Origin: Octopus sinensis
Lineage: Eukaryota
Reading direction: 5' to 3'
Assembly: GCF_006345805.1 (NCBI RefSeq)
Contig: NW_021833794.1
Location: 1-54,692 of the forward strand
DNA: 54,692 bases
Part shown: positions 1-11,240 of the stretch, in pieces
How positions within the stretch are numbered: position 1 is the stretch's first letter
Layout: the number at the start of each line of letters is the position of its first letter
The notes under the pieces: generated by a model
What the model was told of the DNA's origin: nothing
The model's database searches: none
Seen by the model: only the letters and a program-made list of their open reading frames with translations
Program-made: the position numbers and the translations under genes

Positions 1-59
1 TCATACATATATATGATATATAGATATAGACATACATATATTATATATATATATAGATG

Positions 60-101
<42 letters not shown>

Positions 102-203
102 AATGTATGTATGTATGTATTTATGTATGTAAGTATGTATGTGTTGTGTGCATATGTTTGTGTGTCAGTGTTTGTTCCCCCAACTTTGCTTGACAACGGT
201 ATA

Positions 204-246
<43 letters not shown>

Positions 247-349
247 CCGGAGTAAACACATAAATGTGAAACAGGGTGGAAAAAAGAGTACTCAAATACC
301 AGTGGTAGAGTAATATGCTTATTTTAAGCAGCAGAAAATTCAACAAAAT

Positions 350-386
350 CTGTTACTCGAGTTTCTCGTTGCCGTTCATCAGACAG
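350..386 (-). ncRNA. Minimal type I hammerhead ribozyme-like motif
   Basis: Minus strand CTGT-CTGATGA-A CG gcaa CG A-GAAA-CTCGAGT-A-ACAG: stem I CUGU/ACAG, canonical core, palindromic stem III ACUCGAGU, GUA cleavage triplet; stem II closing pair is an A.A mismatch. Confidence 0.7.
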
Positions 387-402
387 GTTTTGCTAGTAAA
401 AA

Positions 403-445
403 CTGTCTGATGAACGGCAACGAGAAACTCAGAGTAAACGATTTT
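403..445 (+). ncRNA. Degenerate hammerhead-like motif (mirror copy of 350-386)
   Basis: CTGT-CTGATGA-acggcaacga-GAAAC-TCAGA-GTA-AACG: core intact but stem III palindrome broken by a 1-nt insertion and stem I 3' strand altered. Confidence 0.5.
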
Positions 446-473
446 GTTGTATTTTCTGCTGCTTAAAATAAAG

Positions 474-528
<55 letters not shown>

Positions 529-540
529 ATATATACTATA

Positions 541-584
<44 letters not shown>

Positions 585-585
585 C

Positions 586-638
<53 letters not shown>

Positions 639-640
639 TA

Positions 641-681
<41 letters not shown>

Positions 682-684
682 TAT

Positions 685-840
685 GACGGCCTTCTTTCAG
701 TTCCGTCTACCAAATCCACTCACTAGGATTTGGTCGACCCGAGGCTATAGTAGAAGACACTTGCCGAAGGTGAAACGCAGTGGGACTGAACCCGGAACCA
801 TGTGGTTGGTAAGCAAGCTACCTACCACACACCCACTCCT
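685..840 (-). mobile_element. tRNA-derived SINE family A, 5' half
   Basis: Minus strand A-box-like TGGxTGTGTGG, B-box GGTTCAGTCCC, CORE-like CTTxGGCAAGTG; many copies in window. Confidence 0.85.
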
Positions 841-937
841 ATATTCTGTTAATATTTGATTAAATTCGTTCCACATGTCTTATTCTCGCGTCAAATTTCG
901 GTACAAAATGTATAATTCTGACTTTTTATCATTGCAG

Positions 938-1063
938 ATTATTTGGGACGACAGGTTATTGTTCTGCGTGTTCCAAAATGATTCCAGCATTTGAATTAGT
1001 GATGAGAGCAAAGACAAACGTGTATCACCTTGAATGTTTTGCATGTCAACAGTGTAATCACAG
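938..1063 (+). CDS. LMO1/LMO3: LIM-domain-only protein (rhombotin/Beadex type), internal exon encoding most of LIM2
   Basis: Acceptor ttttatcattgcAG at 937, donor GTaagt at 1064, 126 nt, phase 2/2; translates (R)LFGTTGYCSACSKMIPAFELVMRAKTNVYHLECFACQQCNH(R), the CxxC...HxxCxxCxxC LIM pattern closely matching LMO1/3/Beadex. Upstream exons lie outside the window. Confidence 0.96.
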
Positions 1064-1120
1064 GTAAGTTGTGGCTCCAAAACAAATGATTCAAACCGTA
1101 GCCTGTTGGGAGAGTAGATA

Positions 1121-1373
1121 TATATTTCTTTACAACCCACAAGGGGCTAAACACAGAGGGGACAAACAAGGACAGACAAACGGATTAAGTCAATTAAATC
1201 GACTCCAGTGCGTAACTGGTACTTAATTTATCGACACCGAAAGGATGAAAGGCAAAGTTGACCTCGGTGGAATTTGAACTCACAAGGTAACGGCAGACGA
1301 AATACGGCTACGCATTTCGCTCGGCGTGTTAACGTTTCTGCCAGCACGCCACCTTGTGCCAGCTCGCCGCCTT
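1121..1373 (-). mobile_element. tRNA-derived SINE family C
   Basis: Head aaggcggcgagctggca, B-box GAGTTCAAATTCC, central GGTCAACTTTGCCTTTCATCCTTTCGG..GATAAATTAAGTACCAG (resembles the Meta-type conserved SINE domain), tail ending ccccttgtggg..taaagaaata. Confidence 0.85.
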
Positions 1374-1437
1374 GCATTGGGGGTGTAGATATAGTATTTA
1401 CACTGAAATAGTATTCGAACATGGATTCTTTTAGTCG

Positions 1438-1837
1438 TTTATTTGTTTCAGTCATTTGACTGCGGCCATGCTAGAGCACCGCCTTTAGTCGAACAAATCA
1501 ATCCTAGGACTTATTCTTTGTAAACCTAAGTACGCTAAATTACGGGGACGTAAACACATCGGTTGTCAAGCGATGATGGTGGGGACAAACACAGACATTC
1601 AAATACACACACACACATGTGTATATATATGTGTATATATATGTGTATATATATATATATATATATTTATGTATATATATATACGACGGGCTTCTTTCAG
1701 TTTCCATCTATCAAATCCACTCACAAGAATTTGGTCGGCTCGAGGCTATAATACAAGACACTTACCCAAGGTGAAACGCAATGGGACTGAACTGGGAACC
1801 ATGTGGTTGGTAAGCAAGCTACTTACCACACAGCCAC
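1438..1837 (-). mobile_element. SINE family A, near full length
   Basis: Same head and CORE-like motif, internal (TA)/(CA) tract, tail ...gcagtcaaatgactgaaacaa. Confidence 0.85.
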
Positions 1838-2036
1838 AGACGAGCCTACTCTAAGCTACTAAGAATTCGTGTGGCAATTTGAAGATCCACTCATCACACG
1901 CGATAGACCGCCGGAACTTCGTGGAGCTTAGGTGTTTTTGCTCAATAAACACTCACAATGCTCGGTCTGGGAATCGAAGCCGCGTTCTTACGACCGTGAG
2001 TCCGCTGCCCTAACCACTGGGCCATTGCGCCTCCAC
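1838..2036 (-). mobile_element. SINE family B, 5' part
   Basis: Head gtggaggcgcaatggcccagtggttagggcagcggactc...ttcgattccc, matches full copies at 18785 and 23223. Confidence 0.8.
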
Positions 2037-2066
2037 CTCTGCTGTTGTATCAAAGTTTAAGCGTTT

Positions 2067-2465
2067 CTCTTTTACTCTTTTACTTGCTTCAGTCATTTGA
2101 CTGTGGCCATGCCGTAGCATCGCCTTTTTAGTGCAGCAAATTGACCCCAGGACTTATTCTTTGTACTTATTCTATCGTTCTCCTTTGCCAGGGACGTAAA
2201 CACACCAGCATCAGTTGTCAAGCGACGTTGGGGGGGGGGGGTTAGCAAACACAGAACCACAAACAAACACACACACACAGTTTCCATCTACCAAATCTAC
2301 ACAGTTTCAGTCTCCATCTACCAAATCCACTCACAAAGCTTTGGTCGGCACGAGGCTATAGTAGAAGATTCTTGCCCAAGGCTATAGTAGAAGATATGCA
2401 GTGGGACTGAACCCGGAACCATGTGGCTGGTAAGCAAGCTACTTACCACACAGCCACTCCTGTGC
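2067..2465 (-). mobile_element. SINE family A
   Basis: Head to (AAAGAGT)n-type tail, with an internal rearrangement. Confidence 0.8.
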
Positions 2466-2558
2466 TTAGGAAAATAATTTGAGAATAATTGTCCTATATG
2501 TATCTTACAAATGTTTATATATTACTTATGTTTTTTTTCTTTTTCTTTTTTTTTCCAG

Positions 2559-2748
2559 ATTCTGTGTCGGTGATAGATTTTATCTGTGTGATAATAAGAT
2601 TCTCTGCGAATACGATTACGAAGAACGAATGGTATTTGCCAACATGAGCTACAATTACAACGCCCTGTCTCACTTGAAAAGACAAACACACAACCTCAGC
2701 GACGATGTATCGAGTGGTTATGGCAGCCCGAGCCCTAACTCTCTGTGA
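2559..2748 (+). CDS. LMO1/LMO3: LIM-domain-only protein, terminal coding exon
   Basis: Long pyrimidine tract + ttccAG at 2558, phase compatible with the previous exon; (R)FCVGDRFYLCDNKILCEYDYEERMVFANMSYNYNALSHLKRQTHNLSDDVSSGYGSPSPNSL then TGA 2746-2748; completes LIM2. Confidence 0.96.
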
Positions 2749-3530
2749 AACAGGAGGCAGCAACGTTTGAGGGCATATCCACTCCCGACATTGGATGCGG
2801 GTGTAGGCGGCACCTCCGTTGCTGCGACAACAACTGCATTAGAAACTACATCTTGTCCATCCCCAGAACTATCCAGTGGCTACCATCCAACCTGAAAGAA
2901 ACTCTGAGATATTATATATTTATTTAAGTGTTTTTTAATTTTTTTTTTCGTGTTGGTGATGTTGTTTTTGAGGACAATTTTTTAGGTGGCTTAAACACAA
3001 GGAGATGAATGAGAATGTAATGAAGATGAAGATGAAGAAGAAGAAGGAGATGGTGAAGTCGAAGAGGACAAAGAAGCTGGAGATAATAGACGTTGAATTC
3101 ATAAATATACAGTCATCTCTGTAAAAGAAAAAAAATAGTAGCATAATGTGACAGAAAATATATAAACTCACACAGACGAAAGCGAAAAACGAAAAGAGCC
3201 CCCCAAAACTTCACAATTTTTTCAAATGTACATTTTGTTTACTAAAAAAAATTCACAACAAAGAAAGAAAAAAAAGAACAAAACAAACAATATAGTGTTA
3301 TTTATAGACATTAAAATAGATGACTGCAATAGATAATTATGTATACATGTATATATACATATATACATACACATACATATACAAACACATAAACATACAT
3401 TAAAAATAAATATATATATATATATATATATATATTTGCTAACAAATAAAAATCATTTTATTTGAGAAAACATGCGCGCAAACACAAACACATACGCATT
3501 ATATATATAGATATATATTATATACATATG

Positions 3531-3564
<34 letters not shown>

Positions 3565-3582
3565 TATGCATACAGATATGTA

Positions 3583-3623
<41 letters not shown>

Positions 3624-3624
3624 A

Positions 3625-3655
<31 letters not shown>

Positions 3656-4009
3656 GATAATACATACTTACATTGTGTCTATAAAAAATTGTATATAAAT
3701 TATGAACTTAGTATGTCTCTTGATCATACTTACACATATTGAATTCGCCATACCATGTGTATAGATATGTGTATATACAAGTGTATTTATTGATCCGTAT
3801 ATACACACATTGTATGCTTCCCATGAGTAAATATTTACCAATCAAACATGACAAACGAACAAAAAAAAAAAGACGAAAACGAAAGAGAAGAATGAACAAT
3901 AAAGACAATAAAAACAAAAAACTAAAAAGCAAAACAAAACAAACAAAAAGAGAAAAATGACGGTTAAAACGATGAATCCGAATGAGGGGGATGCAGAGAT
4001 TCATAAACT

Positions 4010-4026
4010 GATATATATATATATAC

Positions 4027-4068
<42 letters not shown>

Positions 4069-4226
4069 ATATATATCTATTATATATATCTATATACATA
4101 TATAATATATATATATATATATCTATAATATATATATATATATACATATATATACATATATATATATATATATAACATATATATATTATATATTATATAT
4201 ACATATATATATATATATATATTACA

Positions 4227-4279
<53 letters not shown>

Positions 4280-4295
4280 CTATATAATATATAAC

Positions 4296-4329
<34 letters not shown>

Positions 4330-4443
4330 CATATATGTATATATTACATATACATATATGTATGTTATATGTATGTATATATATTGTATATATATATATA
4401 TGCATATATATATTTATCTGTATTATATATATGTATACGTATC

Positions 4444-4474
<31 letters not shown>

Positions 4475-4605
4475 TTATATGAATATGTCTGCATATATAT
4501 GTACATATTCGTATATATGCGCATATATATATGCTTATATGTATGTATACATATATGCGTATATGTATATATATATATATATATACATATTAATATATAT
4601 ATATT

Positions 4606-4691
<86 letters not shown>

Positions 4692-4700
4692 CATATATAT
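4010..4700. repeat. Long interrupted (TA)n microsatellite
   Basis: Direct reading; similar tracts at 1-245, 473-684, 3340-3660, 30050-30270, 42157-42340. Confidence 0.95.
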
Positions 4701-4909
4701 ATACACTTATGTATGTATGTGTGTGTGGTGAGTATGTTTGTGTGTGTGAAAGTATGTATGCATGTATGTTATTCTCTACGTGTATGTAAATGATTACATC
4801 TGTATATACATAAAAAAAAACGGATTTACGTGCACCGAAGCTAACAATAAAAAAGTTATACTGCAATTTTCATTGATTCTTTCTGAACGAGGTGTAGACC
4901 AAAGAAAGC

Positions 4910-4910
<1 letters not shown>

Positions 4911-4961
<51 letters not shown>
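4911..4961. repeat. (GA)n microsatellite
   Basis: Direct reading. Confidence 0.97.
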
Positions 4962-4964
<3 letters not shown>

Positions 4965-5918
4965 TTGACAAAACTGAGAAACATCCGTCGTTTTTTTAGA
5001 ATGCTTTTATTGAAGACTCCAAAGAACAAATTGTTAATAATATTTCAATCCCTTTAACTTAATTTCCAGTATACATATAAAGATACATTTATGCATTTAG
5101 AAAAGTGTGTGTGTGTGTGTGTGTGCATGTATGCATACATCTGTGTTTGTATGTGCGTATCGATATCCTGTATATAAAAGTATGTATGTATTCTTATAAG
5201 ACTCTGAAATGTCGATGGTAAAATACTTTAATGAATGAAGATCTATTTTGTTTTAAGTTTACTTCATTGTGTTCTAATTATTTCCACTTTTATCCATTTT
5301 GTTCTTAATTATTTTTTTAATTAATCCCACCTCCTTTATGTTTCAATTAGTCTTACCCCGTCTTGCTTTCCTTTTTTTATTTTTATAATTTTTCATTCGT
5401 GTGTGTGTGTGAGTGTTAATTAGGTGACAGAGGTTAAAATGTTTTGCTTGAACGAGCAGCGATAATATTGAAATTAAAACATATAATTAAAAGAAAATTA
5501 TAAGCGGTTCCTTTTGAGGTAGTACTAAGGCCAATTTTCTGTAAATTAATGTTAATCATCTTGTTGTTGATTGAATCAAAAGCATGTTGTATTTCTTCTT
5601 TCGCCAACATTGGGAGCTACTCTGCCAACCAGATATCATCTTGAGCCACCACCGATGAAGCTTGTTGAATCAACGAAAGAAATTTTACCAACGTCATTAA
5701 CTATTGAGCGAACGATCCAGCAATGTTGAGTCAAGGATTTGCTTGTCCATCAGCGAGATTGAAACTGACAATTTTCACTGTAGAGCCAATGATGGAGTTA
5801 CCAAAAAATTGGTGCTCTGGCGGTTAGAACGACAAAGATTCCAGGTGATCCGATCAACAGAACAGCCTGATCATGAAATTCACGTGCAAGTAGTTGAGCA
5901 CTCCAGAGACACGCTAAG

Positions 5919-6121
5919 CTAAGCGTAACGTAGTTCTCTGGAATATGGAGAGTGACACAGAATATGACAAGGTTAAAATTCTGAATTACAAGTACTACAC
6001 ATATTTACCAGCTGAGTGGACTAGAGCAACGTAAAATAGAGTGTCATGCACCACAGGGAATCGAACTCACGACCTCACGATCGTAAGCCGAATGCCCTAA
6101 TCACTAAGCTACGCACCTTCA
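5919..6121 (-). mobile_element. CORE-like SINE (family D head) with family-B-type tail
   Basis: Head tgaaggtgcgtagcttagtg..., CORE-like tccactcagctggtaaat, then tail matching family B ...gaactacgtta. Confidence 0.6.
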
Positions 6122-7901
6122 CCAATGGTGGAGTTACAGAAATAATGAAAGGGTTTTTTGAGACGAAGACGGTGTCTGTTAAATCCGTGAGGGAGCTCGT
6201 TCAGCTGACGATGGAGTAATTTTGTTGAGCTAACGAAGGTTCCTCTTGAACTTAAGATGGCGCCTGTTGAAATAACAACGGACAATTTTAAGCCAACACT
6301 GCTCTCTTGTGAACTAAAGAGAGACCTTGCTCAGATAGTGAGAGAGTCGATTGAATTAGCAAGAGATCATAAATATAAAATGAAGTTCTTTAAATTAACG
6401 AGAAAGCCTCTTGAGTCAACTACTGTGCCCGCTCAATTAACGAAGTGTCTTTTGAGCCAGTGCTAGATTCTGCTTAATCAATCTGGTATCTCTTGAGCCA
6501 GTGACAGAGCCTGCATAATCAACGCGATGTCCTTTGAACCAATGACAGAGCCTGTACAATCAAAGATGTCTCTTAAGCCACTACTAAAAGAGCCACTCTT
6601 TCGAGCCACTCTTTCGAGCCACTCTTTCGAGCCACTCTTTCGAGCCACTACTCTTTTCAGCTCAATCAACGAGGCTGCTCATTCATCAGTGTGTCCTTTG
6701 AGTCAACAATGCATATATTAACCTGACATGATAACCTCTGTGCGGTCGCTGACATTGCTAGAAGTAGCAGCCAAATAAAACACGCGCCTCGATATAACAT
6801 CTTGAGAATAAAAGAACTTAATATATAATGTCGGAATTCAAGGGGTGGACATGGTTGGAAAGCTTTTGTTTATAGGTCTGTTGTATTTGGGATGGCATCG
6901 AACTAAGCAAATACTGAATTTTGGTTCCTAACTCAATTCCATGTTATTGCAGGTATATCTGTGCTATAAGCAGGAAGGTAAGACGTGTATGGACATCCCG
7001 GCTACATGAAATGACATCTTTCACAAATAATAACTGCTTATTCTTCAATTATATTCTCATAATTAAAAAATCAATTACGCAGTTAACAAGGTCAATAACA
7101 AGATATGACTGATATGCAATTAACATTGGGTTTGGTAATTGCATATATGTAGGTATGTATACATGTATGTATGGTTGTGAGTGTATAAAATAGACAGAAA
7201 TAATGGGTTATATATGTATATATATTTATTTTTATAGGCTTACAACTGTTTCACATTTCCGTTCGGGTTCATTCAGGATTTAGACTTATCAATGGATCGA
7301 TTGATCGACTGAAAATAAAGGGAACCAATACCACAAAAGTTATTTTCTTCAGAACCAAAATAAACCAACTGCAGTTGTAAGCCTATACTAAACAAACAAA
7401 TAAACAAAAAAACACAAATAAACTAATAAATATAACGCATTATTTACGTCTATTTTATGTATCACTGTCCGAAAGTATACCACCTTAACTGGGTAATTGA
7501 ACTGGTGGTACATATTGGTTTCGGACTACCTGGAGTAAAATATCGACCACGAGACATTTTTGTTAGCTTGTATTTTCTTCTGGAAAGAGCCTAAGAAGTA
7601 TCTCGCCTGATTACTAATCCCTTATTAATAGTGTCGTTATATATATATATATTTATATATATTGAATGCAGTGCTGCAATGCCATAAGTAATTCGTGGAA
7701 TGAAATCCAACGATGGTTACACTAAGTTTAACTGAGTTCCAGATGGTCCGCACTAAATTCTGGTGATCTTTAAGCAAGTTTCGGAAATTTCTACAGAGTG
7801 AGAGTAAGTCCACATTACCTTAAATATAGGATGACAAAATAGCTAAAATTTACAAAAGGTGAGCAGCAGCACCACCAAAAACAATAATCATTACAACAAC
7901 C

Positions 7902-7957
<56 letters not shown>

Positions 7958-7958
<1 letters not shown>

Positions 7959-8486
7959 GAATAACAACAGAAAAAAGATGGTATAAGCACACGCCAGAAA
8001 AGGTCACACAAAACGAGAAATCAACCATACTTTGGGATATGCCAATACGCACAGATAGAGCAATTAAGGCCAATAGGCCAGATATAGGTCAGAGATCATG
8101 AAGAAAAAAATGCTTTCTAATTGATGTATCAATACCAATAGACGACAACGTTTCTCTAAAAGAAATGGAGAAACTTTCAAAATACAAAGACCTGGAAAAA
8201 GAGGTAACTCGAATATGGAATCTAAAAACAGAAACAATTCCTATCATAGTAGGCGCATTAGGTACGATAAAAATATATTCAGATAAATACATAACAAAAA
8301 CACCAAGACTTACAAATATATATATAACATACAGAAAATTGCACTACTGGGCACTGCACACATCCTACGCAGAACACTCTCAATACGGTAACCAATAAGA
8401 GCGTCACAACAAACCACAGCACATACCCAAGGCACACAGAGCTGCGCTGGGCAGTGAAGTGAAAACACGATATAAAAATAAAGCTA

Positions 8487-8489
<3 letters not shown>
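7958..8489 (+). mobile_element. R4/Dong-like non-LTR retrotransposon, 5'-truncated 3' fragment
   Basis: Encodes ILWDMPIRTD...RPDI...IDVSIP...IPIIVGALG (restriction-like endonuclease) plus 3' UTR; (AAT)n on both sides; near identical to the end of 35425-37303. Confidence 0.9.
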
Positions 8490-8574
<85 letters not shown>

Positions 8575-8785
8575 GTTATAAATATTGGCACAAGGCCAGC
8601 AACTTCGAGGGAGATGACAAGTCGATTACATTGATCCCAGTACTCGACTGGTACTTATTTCATCCCCGAAGGGATGAAAGGTAAAGTCAACCACGGCGGA
8701 ATTTGAAATTAGAACGGAAGCACGAACGAAATGCTGCTAAGCATATTGCCTGGTGCGATATCGTTTCTGCCAGTTGCCGCCTTAG

Positions 8786-8873
<88 letters not shown>

Positions 8874-8918
8874 GTTATGATAATAATAATAATAGTAATA
8901 GTTATGATATTATTATTA

Positions 8919-8949
<31 letters not shown>

Positions 8950-9067
8950 AATAATAATAATAGTAATAGTTATGATAATAATAATAATAGCAATAATAGT
9001 AATAGTTATGATATTATTATTATATTATTATTATTATATTATTATTATATTATTATTATAGTTATGA

Positions 9068-9101
<34 letters not shown>

Positions 9102-9204
9102 AATAATAATAATAATAATATCATTATTATTATTGATGCCATCTTCGCATCGTTGTCGTCACCACCACCACCACCACCAGCATAATCATCATCATTATTT
9201 TTTC

Positions 9205-9560
9205 TTTGGGACTTTAATATTCAAACTCAGCAAGTCCAGTAACCCAGATATTGTACGAAAAAAAAAAAAACACGTCGACAAACATGTTTTCTCACACCCA
9301 TATCAATCCCAGCAAACTGCAGAACTTCAGTGAAAACGTTTGGTAAGGTAAGTGTCAATACAACGATAATGAAATAGGAGTTTCGAAAATGTAGCATTTA
9401 AGAACAGCTACTGTATTTGTGATTATGGGAGCTTTGGGGTGATAATTACGAATGGCAACCTTTAGTGTTGTCGAATACCAAGAAAGTCATAAGTATGAGA
9501 ACTTTAAACAAATTGTTCCCATGAGTACAACATACATCCTCAGAAAATCACTGTCAACCT
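9205..9560 (+). mobile_element. Highly decayed R4/Dong-like endonuclease fragment
   Basis: Residual WDFNIQT, PDIV, VIMGALG and YILRKSLS motifs in expected order with frameshifts. Confidence 0.45.
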
Positions 9561-9600
9561 GGGAATATGTGAATCTTTTAAACTCTTAAAATCACAAATA

Positions 9601-10168
9601 TTGGGTTGTCCGGTAAGTTCGTGCCGAATTATAGCAGCTTACATTTCGATTTATTTTAGAACATGATTGAGTCCATAAAATAGGATTTGACTACGCCTCC
9701 ATTTAGAGCACAGTTTAAGCTATATTTTCGTGGAAGAAGATTTATGTTCCTATAACCTGTGTTAATTCTGTAACTCTTTAAAACGGAAGATAAAAAAGTT
9801 CATTTTCGGCACTAGATGCTTTGGAAACCAGAAAAAAATATTGCTGCAGCTCGGCTGGGATGTGTTACCCCACCCTCCATATTTCCCAGATATTGCTCCT
9901 TCGGAATTCCACTTATTCAGGTCTCTGTAGAACAGTCTTAATGGTAAAAATTTCAATTCCTTGGATGACGTAAAAAGATACCTTGATGAATTGTTTGCCA
10001 TGAAACCACCTCAATTCTGGGAAGAGGCTATTTTCAAGTTAAAGGAAAGATGGAGACGCATTGTGCAATAAAATGGTTAATAATTGGTTGATTAAAAATG
10101 TAATGGCAAGTATTTATTGACCTTTTTCTTTCCTTTAAAAATCGGCATGGACTTTCCAGACAACCCAA
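9601..10168 (+). mobile_element. Internally deleted mariner DNA transposon
   Basis: TIRs TTGGGTTGTCCGGTAAGTTCGTGCCGA / TCGGCATGGACTTTCCAGACAACCCAA, TA on both sides; C-terminal transposase LGWDVLPHPPYFPDIAPSEFHLFRSL* with stops. Confidence 0.92.
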
Positions 10169-10244
10169 TATTTCAAGAGACCTTTAATGAAATATTTGAT
10201 CCTCAATATTCGGTCCTCTTTCTTTTCAATATGTAGTTACTAAT

Positions 10245-10680
10245 TAGGCAGTGAGCTGGAAGAATCGTTAGCACGCCGGGCATAATGTTGTACGGTATAT
10301 CGTCCGTCTTCAGTTCTGAGTTCAAATTCCCCCGAGGTTGACTTTGCCTTTCATCCTTTCGTCGTCGATAAGTTAAGTACCAGTTGAGCACTGGGGTGGA
10401 TGCAATCGACTCACGCCTTCCTCGAAACTGCCGGCCTTGTGCCACAATTTGTAAATCAATATATCATTACTGATCATAAGGTGACGAGCTGGCAGAATCG
10501 TTAGCACGCTGAACATAATGCTTAGCGGTATGTCGTCCATCTTTACGTTCTAACTTCTAATTCCGCCTTACACCTTTTCGGTGTCAATAAAATAAGTACC
10601 ATTTGAATACTGCGGTCAACGTAATCGACTCAGCCCTTCCCAACAAATTTCAGTCCTTGTGCTTTCAGTAGAAAGGATTA
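10245..10680 (+). mobile_element. Two adjacent SINE family C copies
   Basis: Two gagctgg(a/c)agaatcgttagcacg heads with B-box-like and central domains. Confidence 0.75.
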
Positions 10681-11100
10681 CTGATCATAAATAACCTCAT
10701 AGTAAAACGTATATCCTGCTGTTACTTGAGGTATCTCTGTAAGACTTGGAATAGCTTGTGAATATAAAACAATAGCAATTATAACAAGAGCATTCAGACA
10801 ACACAAACCTCCGCCAAGGCAACATCAACGTCCTCTCAAAGATTAGCCAGAGATGATTTTTAAAAACGAGAACATCTGAAATAAACTCAACTGTTCTTAC
10901 AAACGAGAATACTAAAAAAGAACCCGACCACTCTCAAAAATTAAGTAAAAAAAAAAACTGAACAATAATCCAAAATCCTTGTCTGCTATCTGATCGATCC
11001 CAATGGTAGTCATGGAATGTGAAGGTGGGTGTGCAGGTTGTGTTTATAATGCTGTGTATGTGTCGTCTACAATGGGAACAGGGACAGTTTTCTCTATGAA

Positions 11101-11240
11101 GGCCTTTTTTTATTCTATCTACTGATATAGTGTCTTTACGACCATGAAGGTCTACAGTGAAAAATTTATCCGTGCGTAAAAGGAAACGGAAAGGACCTGC
11201 ATACGGTGCTGTTAACTGGGTTTTAACATCGTTGCGCACA
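11101..11240 (-). mobile_element. Ty3/Gypsy pol (integrase C-terminal) fragment
   Basis: LTAPYAGPFRFLLRTDKFFTVDLHGRKDTISVDRIKK matches the PYxGPF...DTVSxDRLK motif of Gypsy integrases. Confidence 0.75.

Larger units (their letters stand above)
319..471. repeat. Foldback inverted repeat (about 72-bp arms, 6-nt loop gctagt) carrying hammerhead-like motifs
   Basis: 319-391 is the reverse complement of 398-471 with about 5 differences. Confidence 0.95.

Noticed and set aside
41-719. Y/I/M/C-rich ORFs here and throughout (e.g. 4335-4866, 42240-42866, 52411-52796)
   Set aside because: Translations of (TA)n, (CA)n and (TATC)n microsatellites.
2745-2927. Alternative-frame ORF ending IQWLPSNLKETLRYY with faint SOCS-box look
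   Set aside because: GTG start overlapping the LMO stop, in-frame TAA at 2736-2738 just upstream, no credible acceptor; resemblance too short.
2990-3125. Purine-rich acidic/basic ORF-like stretch in LMO 3' region
   Set aside because: (GAA/GAT)n low complexity within presumptive 3' UTR.
6640-6695. Minus-strand CTGATGA...GAAA
   Set aside because: Stems I and III do not form; chance match within the minisatellite region.
7237-7280. Minus-strand CTGAATGA...GAAACAGTTGTA hammerhead-like string
   Set aside because: Stem I does not pair and core has an insertion; at best a decayed copy.
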